Shown here piece by piece: positions 12,001-24,400 of a DNA stretch of 64,000 nt (position 1 is the first letter of the stretch; every line of letters begins with the position of its first letter). The DNA comes from Vezdaea acicularis (Eukaryota). The translations under genes and the position numbers were made by a program. The stretch spans positions 1-64,000 of the forward strand of contig JAPEUI010000068.1 in the NCBI GenBank assembly GCA_026025075.1, written 5' to 3'. A model generated the notes under the pieces. That model did no database searches and was not told the origin of the DNA. It was given only the letters and a program-made list of their open reading frames with translations.

Positions 12001-15000
12001 CGCAAATATTCAGAAGCGTCCCATCAGGATCTCCACAATAGGTATGCCTTTGAAACCCTTGATCATACCCTTCCATAACCCCTCTGAGTACCTCTGCCGT
12101 TGATTTGTCAAATACACTGCACATTATTGATACATAACGGACAATAATTTTTGTTATATCCAGACAACTATCAAGGAGAAGAGAGCGATATTGTCATTAG
12201 CACTCTGACTCGCAGCAACAAGTCAGGCGAAATTGGATTTATGTCAGCTCCGCAAAGAGTCAACGTTCTGTTATCCAGAGCCCGTAATGCGCTAATAATG
12301 ATTGGCAACGCCAACACTTTCATGGGTAGTCGCAAAGGCAAAGAGGTTTGGCTTCCTCTTCTTGACCTTCTCAAGCGTAACGGGCACATCTACGATGGAT
12401 TTCCCGTCAAATGCGAACGGCATCCCAACAAGAAGGCCCTTCTCCAGAAACCAGAAGACTTTGAAATTGAGTGCCCTGATGGGGGATGTGCCGAGCATTG
12501 GTAAGTAAAAATTACTTTTTTGCGTAGCAATTGACTGATACGTGCTCCAAAGTGAGACAAAGCTGAACTGTGGAATTCATGACTGCCCACAGCGGTGCCA
12601 CCAACTTTATGACCACTCGCAGATATTATGCCAAAAGGTGATTGAGTCTAGTTGCCAGAAGAATCACAAGATGACGTGGAGGTGTCACAAGGGCCGCCCT
12701 ATTGCTTGTCATACATGCGATCGTGAGACTCGTATACTGGAAGAAAAACGCCAGAGAGACCATGAGCTTGACATTGAGCGTGAAGCCAAACAGCGAGCTT
12801 ACAAGAAACAACTGGATGAAATTCAGATCGAAATAGCCTATCAAAGGCGCTTGCAGAGAGAGCAGTCGGATCAAATGGAGAGAGACCGGGTGCTTGAACT
12901 ATACAAAAAAGATCTTGCAAACATTGTAGCGGGGGTCAATCGTACAAATATCCAGCCACCTGAAAATCAGTCTGCCTCTCGTCAGCCCGAGAAACCCCTC
13001 CCTAAACCTATTTTAGGAGAAACTCATGATCAGCCTGCTAATCCTGTGCCCGTACCACATAGGAACAACGAAGCATCTCAACTTATCCCTCTCGTCTCGC
13101 CTGCTAAAGGTGAATGGGAGCACCAAAAAGATTTTGAGGGTGCACGTAATGATGCTCTAGACTCTTTGATGGGCATGATTGGCCTTGAAAATGTTAAAGA
13201 GCAATTCTTGGACATAAAAGTCAAGATTGATACTATGATCCGCCAAGGCACGGATCTGAAGGGTGAACGCTTCGGCGCTGCATTTTTAGGAAACCCAGGA
13301 ACAGGTAACGTCTTATCATTTTGAACCTAAAAATAAATTGACTGACAGTCTGAAGGCAAAACGACCGTGGCCCGTCTCTACGCAAAGTTTTTAGCATCTA
13401 TCGGAGCTTTGCCCGGTAGTCATTTCGTGGAGACTTCTGGATCGCGTATTTCAAATGATGGTGTTGCTGGATGCAAGAAACACATTGAGGATATTCTCAA
13501 CAACGGCGGAGGTGCATTGTTTATCGACGAAGCCTACCAGCTGGTCTCAGGCCATAGTTACGGGGGACCGCAGGTTCTTGATTTTCTTCTCGCGGAGATA
13601 GAAAACCTAACAGGAAAGATGGTAATTATTTTGGCTGGCTACAATAAGCAAATGGAAGCTTTTTTCTCCCATAATCCCGGAATTCCTAGCCGTATCCCCT
13701 ACCAACTTCAGTTTCAGGATTATGGAGATGCTGAGCTTTTACAAATTTTGCGCTCTCGGATTAATGAGAAATATAAAGGCTCCATGAAGTTGGATGGTGG
13801 CGAAGATGGCCTATATGTTCGTGTCGTTGCACGCCGGATTGGCCGTGGCCGTGGTCGTGACGGGTTTGGCAATGCTCGAGCCGTCCACAATGCATTCGCT
13901 TGCATTGCTGATCGTCAAGCAAAACGTCTGCAGCGGCAGCGGCGAGCTGGAGAGACTCCTGATGATATGCTGCTGACAAAAGAAGACCTTCTTGGGCCCG
14001 AACCTTCAGATGCTCTTAAGGATAGTAAAGCGTGGTCTAAACTACAGAAGCTTATCGGTCTTAAGTCAGTTAAGGAGTCTGTAAAGGCCCTGTTGGATAG
14101 CATTCAAGTCAACTATAACCGAGAGCTTGAAGAAAAACCACTTGTCGAATATTCTCTCAACCGTGTGTTTCTCGGTTCCCCAGGAACTGGAAAAACCTCG
14201 GTCGCCAAATTGTACGGACAGATACTTGCCGATATTGGTCTTCTTACAAGTGGTGAAGGTAGGACATCTCTTAATAATAGTCGAGAATATAGCTGATAAG
14301 TAAACAGTCGTCACAAAGAACCCGGCCGACTTTGTCGGTAACGTAATAGGCCAGTCGGAAAGTAACACAAAAGCGATACTGGCGGCGACAATTGGGAAGG
14401 TCTTAATTATAGATGAGGCATATATGCTTTCAGGTAGCACAGGAGGGGCAACATCAAATGCCGATTCCTATAAAACTGCTGTCATTGACACAATTGTTGC
14501 AGAGGTTCAGAGTACCCCTGGCGAGGATCGATGTGTGCTTCTCCTTGGCTACAAAGATGAGATGGAGAAGATGTTCCAGAATGTCAACCCGGGACTTTCT
14601 CGACGGTTCCCTATTGACTCTGGTTTCCTTTTTGAAGACTTTACGGACGACCAACTACAAAGTGTTCTTGCCCTAAAACTTGATCAACAAGGGTTTGAGT
14701 GTACGGATCAAGCAAAGGTTGTTGCTCGAGATATGCTGAGTCGGGCTCGCAACCGACCGCATTTTGGAAATGCCGGTGAAGTTGATATTCTATTGGACAA
14801 AGCGAAATTACGCCACCAGAAGCGGGTCTCTTCTGGAAAGTCAAAAAGCGCTGATACTCTAGAAGCCCCGGATTTTGATGAAGATTTTGATCGGGGAGAG
14901 CGAGCTTCTACAAATATTCACAAGCTTTTCGAAGGTGTAATAGGCTGTGATTCAATTATTACACAGCTAGAAGGCTACCAAAACACTGCTGCAAGGTCGA

Positions 15001-16425
15001 AAAAGATTGGCATGGATCCTCGAGAGCTGATTCCTTTCAATTTCTTGTTCCGTGGTCCTCCAGGTACGCAGCCGCGAATTTATCAAATCCTCAATTGCAA
15101 TTTTAGAATTAACGACTTACACAGGCACCGGAAAAACAACGACTGCAAGAAGAATGGGAAAAGTTTATTATGACATGGGCTTTCTAGCCACGGCGGAAGT
15201 AGTTGAATGTTCAGCGACAGATCTAGTTGGACAATATGTCGGGCAAACGGGACCCAAAACACAGAACATTCTCGAAAAGGCTTTAGGCAAAGTCTTGTTC
15301 ATAGATGAAGCTTACCGCCTCGCCGAAGGCCACTTTGCAACAGAGGCCATGGACGAAATTGTTGACTGTCTCACAAAGCCAAAGTTTGCTCAGAAACTCG
15401 TCACAATCCTCGCAGGCTATGATGCAGACATCAATCGGTTAATGTCAATTAATCCGGGACTTACAAGTCGGTTTCCAGAAACTATAATTTTCAAGCATTT
15501 AAGCCCAGAAGATTGCCTAAGCTTGTTTATCAAACTCCTCAAGCAAAAGAAGCATTTGGATACTGCAATTCTAAAACAACCATCGGCTGATCTTCGGAAA
15601 AGGCTAATTATGTATTTCGAAGAGCTCGTTAGGCTCCCGTCTTGGGGAAATGCTCGTGACATTGAGTCGCTAGTCAAGCATATTTTTAGGACCATTCTAT
15701 CGTCAGCTAAAGGGCCGGTAGAAGATCTACGACTTGATGGTGATGTAATCTTTAAGTCATTTCAATCCATGATCTCTGAGAGAGCTCATCGTGGTAACAA
15801 TATTTCCGGAGGTCGCCCGTTTTTGACTACTGATAGCCCTCAGAATATACGCAAATCTGAATCAACAAAGCCTCCTGAAACACATACGACTGTGCTTTCT
15901 TCTCTCGAAACATCTCGGAACGACCCTCATCCCCAACAGCGCCCAGAATCAGAGCGCGTGCCGGAAGAAGTACCGCGAGATAGTGGGATAAGTGATGCAG
16001 TGTGGCAAGAGCTGCAATTAGACAAATGTGCAGCTAAAGATCGTGAGCGGAAGTCCGAGCTGGACTACAAGCAAGTCCTCGAACAACAAAAAGAATTAGC
16101 AGAATTATCTATGAAAGATGCACAGGCCGAAAAAAAGGTACAATTAGCTATCGAAAATGCTGTAAATGACGAAGCAAAACGGCGGCATGAAGAGGAACGT
16201 CTGCGGCTATTGACGGAGCGAAGAGCCTATGAGAAAGAACTCGAGGAACTAGAAAGGCGAAGGAAGGCTGCTGAGGAAAAGAAGCGCAAGGAGGCGCAAG
16301 TTCAAACCAAGCTGAGGCAAATGGGTGTTTGCCCTGTGGGTTACCGGTGGATTAAGCAACACTCAGGCTACAGATGTGCAGGAGGTAGCCATTTCGTCTC
16401 AAAGACGCAATTGGGTATTGATTGA
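9070..16425 (+). CDS. ZNFX1/UPF1-like SF1 helicase + NFX1-like Zn finger + coiled coil + three CbbX/SpoVK-type AAA+ domains, ~2322 aa, 7 exons
   Basis: Exons 9070-10549, 10602-12041, 12164-12500, 12553-13304, 13356-14258, 14308-15063, 15125-16425 (6969 nt, in frame). Helicase motifs GRHDNDFADFR, GPPGTGKS, VEEAGE, LIGDHKQLR, SLFERL, QHRM, TPY..Q, DNYQGEE, NVLLSRAR; three GxPGTGKT + IDEAY + NPG..R modules. Confidence 0.92.
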
Positions 16426-16859
16426 GAGACTTTTTTACAATCGTTCTCTTTCTGCGGTAGATGGATGGGTGCAAACTAAAGCAGAAGTGCTTGACTCTTC
16501 TTACATCTACTTGGTGGGCGGATTTTTACAAGTAAAAGTTATAAAGGAGTATCAAGGGCATAAATGAAACGGGCAAACTAGATACGTGGTAGACTCGATC
16601 AAAGGTTATATCTGCTGCACAAAACCATGGAAGATGGTTGAATAGCCTCGACGACATAATGGAGTGGTACTGTGCGGCTAGACCATCTGGAGCGGCACCC
16701 CTCATAAGCCTTTACTATTTTTGGATGACCAACCCCGTTGCAGTTTTCTTGCCCCTTGGACCATAGCTTGAGTGGCAAAGCCTACTGTTAAGAGCAGGTC
16801 AGAGCCCTGCGGACCTTAAGCAGGAGTTTGCCCTATTCTCATCACGTATATCGCTTATC

Positions 16860-17220
16860 ATTCACGAGGAGCATTGTAGAATTCTAGATTTTAGACTTTC
16901 GAATATTGTCTACATCGCTAGCTTTGTATGACGGATCCTGGTCTTAAGCCTAGAAGCCAAAGTAGAGAGGGTCTCCTTCAACTATCTAATATTAACGAGA
17001 TCACTCAACAAAGCTTCATGATCATCATGAATGCGATATAGGAATTGAATCTAGTTTTGTCTCTGCTTTGCGTATTTCCTTAGCACTTGACATAGAGCTA
17101 TATAACAACGGAGTCAACTGATATAGCCGAATATAGCTAATAGAGCTGTTGTTTCTATATCAGAGAGGCTCATCAGCAATCCATTCATCTATTCATCTCA
17201 ATAATTAGTAGGAAGGCAAC
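16860..17220 (-). pseudogene. possible RIP-like degenerated coding relic
   Basis: TpA-rich stretch; one minus frame reads protein-like for ~115 codons with only TAG/TGA interruptions; no family recognised. Confidence 0.25.
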
Positions 17221-17663
17221 TTCACTCTGCTATATCTTGATCTTAATCAGCTTTTCCATGCTACGACTCCTGTACCTAGACTCTTGCAACAGATACTAGA
17301 GTCCTTGAAAGTACGCTCACATATATACAGGGACTAGAACGCCTGGCGAAGCATTTCCCTGTCCTCACAGCCTCGCCCTCCATCAAGGAGCCTATGCATC
17401 TGTGGGCTGATGCTTGATTCGGTCGCTAACACTGTTCTCCACCCAATCAGCTTCATACATCACTCTTGAATAATAGCTCGACTTGTGTTACCACTGCCCA
17501 CTTACAGCCTTGTTGCTCGTTAGAAAACCTAGCAAATCACAACCGTGACTCCCAAGGGCCCTTTTGTCGGCCTTAGACAGTTGATCACTACAGCAGTGAT
17601 GATGAACAGCCTTACCATCACGCTTCAAGAGTTGTCGTCCGCCGCGGAATACAGCTTAACACC

Positions 17664-19133
17664 ATGGGCGATCAAGTCACTACTGTTGCCAGTCTCCCTG
17701 CTGGCTATGCAACGCTCGCCGGAATTGTGTATGCCGCCATAGCAACAGAGCAAAAGAACTGGAGCTGTATCGTCTGGAACCGGATTACGCCAGCCTTCTA
17801 TTGTCAGCAATATCAAAACGGGTGGACCGAGCAGGGAGACCAAAAACTAGAGGGCAATTTGGATCAAAAACAACAACAACTAATCGACGCTCTGATACGC
17901 TGTATCACCAAGCACGCAAGAAGTTTATCCTCCAGCAAAAAGGATAAATCGATGGCAAATAATGAGCCACAACTAGTAGACTGGACGGCTGCACTATATC
18001 TTTTGTACAGCGCGCTTGTTCCGGTACCTGAACCCAACATAGAATCGTCAGATAACCTTGATTCCCAGGCCGATATACATTTAAGGACTTCAGGTGACTT
18101 ATCCTCAGTAACAGGTCTAGAACATGACTCAAACGGAGATGAGACGCTACAGCCATTGCCTGTAAGTCTCGATGTAACACAAATGACTATCCAGGTCAAC
18201 ATGGTCAAGGAGAGCATAGAAAAAAGACAACACGAGGTTATATGCAACAAGGCGTGGCTGCAAAAAACACTTCAAGATGATGAGATCCGCCATATTCATG
18301 ATCCTTCTATCACCATCTCCGAACTCGACAAAATAATTTCTAAAGTCGAAGAATGGTTAGAAAATCCCTCTACCACGCTCCGACGCTCTGAAAACCCCAT
18401 CTTCGTCCAACTCGCTGGACCCTTCGAAGTGTTCATTATTGAGGTTGCTTTCAAAGCGGCCGAGATTCTTTTCGCATGCGCCATTGTCCTTGGTTCGACG
18501 GGTGGCGCCTGGCTTGGGCTGACCATGGCGTCTATATTTCCTACACGCCGTGCCGCAGGAGTGTTTACTAGTGCTTACGGACAAGTGGAACCCCACAACA
18601 GTACAGAGCAGGTATCTTTCCATGCAGCCGGCATGATGTGGGGATTTTGCTATTGTGTCCATCCACATGGCTGGATGGACGAGAGCAGAGTCGCTGTAGG
18701 GTACATCTTGCAATACGGATGCCTGGTCGCAGTGCAGCACTTCAAAGTTCCTCTTCGTTCACTGCTGGAATTCAATACATACTCTTACACCCGGGACGCG
18801 ATCCGGTACATTGTTCTTGTGTTAGAATTAATCTTCATTGTGTCCATGACACATTTGCTGTACCGCCAGCTGCACAAAAAAACCTCGCCGAAGATACGAT
18901 TGATACCGGTAGTTTTGTATGCAGTGTTCCTTGGGGGGTGTATAACGTGTTTGATTCTAGCACAGCATGACTTCATGAAGCCACTTCCAAAATTCTACCG
19001 TCTCTCGAAGTTGGTGGATCCAATCGCGGCAGCTGGATCATTCATCGCTGCTATGATTACCGTGGAAAGAGTTGTTTCTGCTGAAATATGGATCATGATT
19101 TGGGCGGTAGGGGTGTGTAGTGCTGTGTTTTGA
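17664..19133 (+). CDS. orphan multi-pass membrane protein, 489 aa
   Basis: Long intronless ORF; several hydrophobic segments in the C-terminal half (ILFACAIVLG, YIVLVLELIFIV, LIPVVLYAVFLGGCITCLIL, IWIMIWAVGVC). Confidence 0.7.
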   Translation: MGDQVTTVASLPAGYATLAGIVYAAIATEQKNWSCIVWNRITPAFYCQQYQNGWTEQGDQKLEGNLDQKQQQLIDALIRCITKHARSLSSSKKDKSMANNEPQLVDWTAALYLLYSALVPVPEPNIESSDNLDSQADIHLRTSGDLSSVTGLEHDSNGDETLQPLPVSLDVTQMTIQVNMVKESIEKRQHEVICNKAWLQKTLQDDEIRHIHDPSITISELDKIISKVEEWLENPSTTLRRSENPIFVQLAGPFEVFIIEVAFKAAEILFACAIVLGSTGGAWLGLTMASIFPTRRAAGVFTSAYGQVEPHNSTEQVSFHAAGMMWGFCYCVHPHGWMDESRVAVGYILQYGCLVAVQHFKVPLRSLLEFNTYSYTRDAIRYIVLVLELIFIVSMTHLLYRQLHKKTSPKIRLIPVVLYAVFLGGCITCLILAQHDFMKPLPKFYRLSKLVDPIAAAGSFIAAMITVERVVSAEIWIMIWAVGVCSAVF

Positions 19134-21405
19134 AAAATTCTTAGTCTTAGCCCCTTCATGGAGTTATCTTTGTTGGACCACGATGAATCTTTTGAACCTT
19201 TCGCTTCCTGTAAGATTTGGCAGCCAACCGACCACTGTAGTCTCCATGCGGACAGTAGCAGTAGATACCAAAGCATAACAGGTAGATTCTAGTAATCAAT
19301 AGATGTTTGATGCCTATGTTCAATTGAACACTAGAGATCTATTCTTCGGCGCCTCTCCAGTTTCTTATCCACAGTGGGTAACGGAACACCAGCTTAGCGC
19401 AGGGTCGGCGCGGCCCAAAACACGGGTTAAGCGGACGCGTGACAATTGAAGCAAGGCACCCAGCAGCCAGATGATAAACAACCATTATGCCGAGAAGAGC
19501 CAGATTCAGTCTTGACTAGAACTGTGGTCGGCAGCGGAGAATGAGAAGTGAAGATCAGACCTTCGGTAACAGAAGCCAGAGACAGAGAAGATAAAGCAAT
19601 AGCGAAAACACCCTCTGTCAGGGCACTTTGCTGCGCATTACCAAAATCGGTATTCACGTTGGGAATTTCAATGTCAAATTTTTTGCTCACAGCATGCGAG
19701 ACGGGCGTTGATGGTCTCGCAAACGCAAAATGATCAGCCGCCTGCCGAAACCCTTATTGAAGCACAAAATTTGGCCGAAAATCTCCAGAACTCTGAAATC
19801 CTATACTACATTTGCTGTACACTGTATACTGTAATTTGAAAGAGGATCTAAGTCTATATGGCGCCGCTCTACTCTCCTTAACATTGTCTGATTTTAGTAG
19901 GGTGGACTCGCTTTGCATGTTGTCTGCCGGGCACCGAGCTACGCGATCCGGTTCAGCCCTCACTCCATTCGCCTCGCTTTACCACTCGCCGCTTTGTCTG
20001 GAACGTCGGTCGTTGTATCGTCGATATCCATCACCCTTTTACACTCCCTATTCACGGACCGGCATTAACATCCTCCCCTGATTGCTCATGCGCTGTGCCG
20101 CCGCCATGTCTCAGCTCCACCTTCTGTGCTCGTGATCAATGCGCTCCCAGCGATTGAGATACCATGCGGGGATCGAGAAACCCCATGGCCGTCGATAGCT
20201 GCCTCCTGCCACGAAGGTATGCCTGAAGCTGCTCACTGATGTAACACGGAGGCGTGGCATGAATAATTCCACCGTGATCTGACGATAGCTTCGATTGATT
20301 GGGCAGCACTGCCCCCAATGCAAGGCAGAATAGACCGTTTCGCTCCGTAAAGCTGCATCAATTGACAACGGCATTGGGCGCCCTTGAAGGTTGCAGGAGG
20401 TTGAGTGGGTATGGTCGCGAGAATGAAGGGTCGTGCCATAGGAGCAATGCCAAAGATCATGCAGGCTGACTCCAGGAGTGGGTCATGTTGGCCGAAAGAG
20501 GTATGACCCACAGCAGCTCAGGTCAACGCCTACTTCAGTCTGCTGAAATCGCTCCTCCTTCAATCTGACCAATGCATCACGGGGAGCCTTCAACCTCGAT
20601 GCCCCTCTTGCCATATTACATGTAGTCACAGCGCCTAGCTCTGGCCTTTGTGAAGCGGAATGTCCGTTGGTTTGGGAGACTGCATAGCAGCGTGGCGTCG
20701 CATGGCTTGGGAGGAGAGTGTGCAACGGGAGCAGAGACAATGAGATTTAGATGCGCCAGCGTCCTGGCGATCACTGGAAGCAATCCTAAACGGTGTACCA
20801 AAAAGTGTTGGCCGGTTTCGCGAATCTGGTCAACACCAAAAAAGGGCTATAAAATCATGTATGGCCTACGACTCTCGTATTATAGACAATTTAGATAATT
20901 GAAGCTACAGATAATCATGTATATGCTGTATGCTACCTCTTATTCTTGATTAATTGCAGCAAGCGCTGCTATACCATGCGCTGGCGGCTTTGAATAAACA
21001 ATGAGGGGCCGTGGATGGCCCCACATGAACTATAGAACTGTACAAAACTTGCTTGCATTAGGTGCTGTAGGTCCTGCAATAACTAGTAAAGGTACGAAGC
21101 AGTACATGGTGCTTTTGCAATCATATAGTGCTTAGGTTAGCTAATTTATGTCTATGATGGGTGAATTATGGGCATTACCATGCAAAATCGTGCATCCAAT
21201 AGCCTTGTCACGCAACCCTTAACTTTCAGCCTTGCAGCGTCTTGTGCGAATAGATCAATAATGTCCAGAGAAGGTCGAATAGAAGAGCAGACGATATACT
21301 CAACCTCACTCTGCTATTACTTTGTATCGACCCACAGAAACTTGACTAGTCAGAGCTAAGTATTCCTCTGCTGCGACCAGGTTATCCGTTCCAGCAACGG
21401 CAGGC

Positions 21406-24400
21406 ATGACAACCTTGTCAGTAAACCATTCATTCCGTAGCGTCTACGATCCTTCTTCTTCCAAAGTCAATATGCTACATACCAAAGCTGACAACATCCC
21501 TAGCCAGGCAGGTAACTTATGGCCAAAGGCCGTTGCTGCACTATCCGAGGAAGAACGACGTATTCTCCATACGAACGAACCGCCACCCCAGGTCCTTGAA
21601 AATTTACGACACACAGTCGAAGAGGAGAAACAGCTTTGCCTTGAAAAGCGCTGGAAGTATAGAAAAGATGGTCAAGACATTATCTTACGGGATAAACTCG
21701 AAAAGATCATGACGTGGGTGAGCAAGTTTGTCGCCGTTGGCGATGTTGCAATTCAGTACGACCCATTTCATGCGGCCTTGCCTTGGGCAGCTGTTCGCTT
21801 CTTACTTCAGGCCAGTCCAATTGCTCCTGCTACAAAAAAGCGGATCTCTGACTAAGCTTGATCAGGCTACAGTCAATGACTCGCAAATATTCGGTTCCAT
21901 GGTCGATGGTCTTGAAACCGTGTCAAATTCTATTGCGCGTTGTTATGCCCTCGAAGGGCTGTATATTCAACAGAGCGCTACCACAACAGTGCAACGCCAA
22001 CTAGAGCAATCTATTTCAGGGCTGTACTCCGCCATTTTAACTTATCTTTTTGAATCCAAGAGGTACTACGCTCAAAATACTGCTGGTTTGTCCATCGAGC
22101 CAATCATATATGGGAAAGGCTGATTGACCTGGTAAATTAGTACGTACGGCGAAGAGTGTGTTTACCGTCAAAGAGTTAAAGGTGGATGGATTTCTTCAGA
22201 AGATATCAGCAAAGCAGGCCGATGTTGATGCTTGCACACGCCTCATTGATAGAAAAGATGTCCAAGCAACAGGGGATAGTCTAAAAAAACTGCAAGCAAT
22301 TCTGTTGGATTTGGCCGCTCCCATCAATCGATCGGCAAGCCACCTGTCAGAGCTTCATGATCATTTGAAGGAGTCGGAACGAAAGGAGATTTTGGATTGG
22401 ATGTCGACGGTACTGCATCAATCCCACCATCGCGCTATGGGAGAAGGGTTTCTACCTAACTCTGGAAAATGGCTTCGGGAAAAGGCTGAGTTTTTAGAAT
22501 GGGAAAAATCTAGTACCTCATCCATACTGTGGCTACATGGAATTCGTATGTTCACCACCACCCATCGCCCATCTTCATTAACGGTATTACTGATATAGCA
22601 GTAGCTGGCTCAGGAAAAAGTCGACTGATGTATGTTTAGATTATTTTATCTTGAGCGCGAAACTTAATCTCTCAACAGATACTCAGTCATCAAATCCCTT
22701 CAACCTGAGATCCGGCAAATCCAGAACTTCGCACCAGTGTTGTTTTTCTACTGTGCGCGCAGCGAATCGGAACCACAACGTGCAGACCCAGAAGAAATCT
22801 TACGGAACATTCTAAGTCAGCTATCCATCTCAGGATCAGACTCTATAAAACAAATTGTAATAAAAGCACACAAGGAAAAAAGGGATGAAGCTAGAAAACA
22901 TGGCTCAAGAAAACTTGACCCTTTGACAATTAACGAATGTGTTGAGATTATACTCAAACTAGTGGAGCTAGATCCAGTGACTATCGTTGTTGATGCACTT
23001 GACGAATGCAATCATAACACAAGATTCAAGCTACTCAATGCCCTCCGCGAGATAATTGACAGGTCCCCTAGCCTAGTCAAGGTGCTTATCTCTAGTAGGG
23101 ATGATACAGACATTGTTAATTGTCTCAAAGACTTTCCAAATGTCCTTATCAATGCCAAAGACAACGGAGCCGATATTAAACGTTTCATTGAGGAAGAGGT
23201 TGCCAGCTCTATTAGCAATAGGCGATTGCTCTACGGCACTGTTTCAGAAGATCTCAAGAACGAGATTATCATGACGTTACAAAAGGGTGCACAGGGCATG
23301 TAAGTGCATTAGTACTGGTATAAATTCTTGCTATTGGAACTGACTCGTATCTTAGGTTTCTCTGGGTCAGTTTCCAGCTACAAAATCTTTCTGACTTTGA
23401 AAGATTGCAGCATGAAGACGACGTTCGAGATGAATTAGGAAAGCTTCCAAAGGATTTAGCAGATCTCTATAGTGTTGTATACTCCAAAATACAACGGTCA
23501 GCTCAAACGAGTCGCTCAATTGCCGACCGAGCAATGAAATGGTTACTTTGTGCTCAACGTCCACTTGAAAGTGAAGAGCTTATTGCAGCTGTTTCTGTAG
23601 GAGCTAATGGAAAATTCTCAAAACTTTCTAAAGTTGGCCTCCTGACCATGTGCAGAAATCTTGTTGTTCTAGACACAGAGCTCAACACATTTGGATTTGC
23701 TCATCTGTCAGTCAGAGAGTTCCTAGAGCGCCAAGTGGACTTCTCTTCACTTAGCACCAACGGCCTTGTTTTGGAGAGGTGTCTTGATACATTACTCTCT
23801 AACTCGACAAAACCAGAGCCAGGACACGATTTAATACTCGAACAGAACCGGGTGCTCCAATCATACGCAATGTTGTTCTGGCCGACGCATTGTAAAATTC
23901 TCGAGAATGAGAAAATTGAACCTTGCGTAGAAAAGAAAATTAGAGATTTCTTACTCCAGAATGGTCATACAAGTCAATCATTCCAAGCATGGGTCTCAGA
24001 TATCAATGGAGCGATTAAAAAGGGTCCGTACTCAGCTATATACAATCGTCTTGGGGACGTAGTTAGCTCACCACCAACACCCCTGTTTTTGGGCTGTACA
24101 TTCGGACTTCTCTCTGTGATAGAATGGCTCAGTACAGCCCACAGCATTAGCGTAAATGCTACAAACCAGCGTGGACATACTGGATTGTGTATTGCTAGTT
24201 CATGGGGACACAAGGATATTGTCGAGCTGCTGCTTGCAAAAGGGGCAGATCTGGAGGGAGGGAAGAATAGCGCTAATGGGACTGCGCTGGTCCAGGCGGC
24301 GGGCGGCGGGCACAAGGATATCGTCGAGCTGCTGCTTGCAAAAGGGGCAGATCTGGAGGGAGGCGAGAATAGTCACTTTGGGACGGCGCTGCGCCGGGCG

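Noticed and set aside
19427..19963. Two minus-strand ORFs in the same frame separated by one TAA (possible pseudogene)
   Set aside because: The translation resembles no family; compatible with chance
21406..21520. Amyloid signalling motif (HRAM/PP/sigma) at the NLR N-terminus with an adjacent effector
   Set aside because: No N/Q/G pseudo-repeat motif is visible, and there is no recognisable HeLo, HELL or gasdermin neighbour
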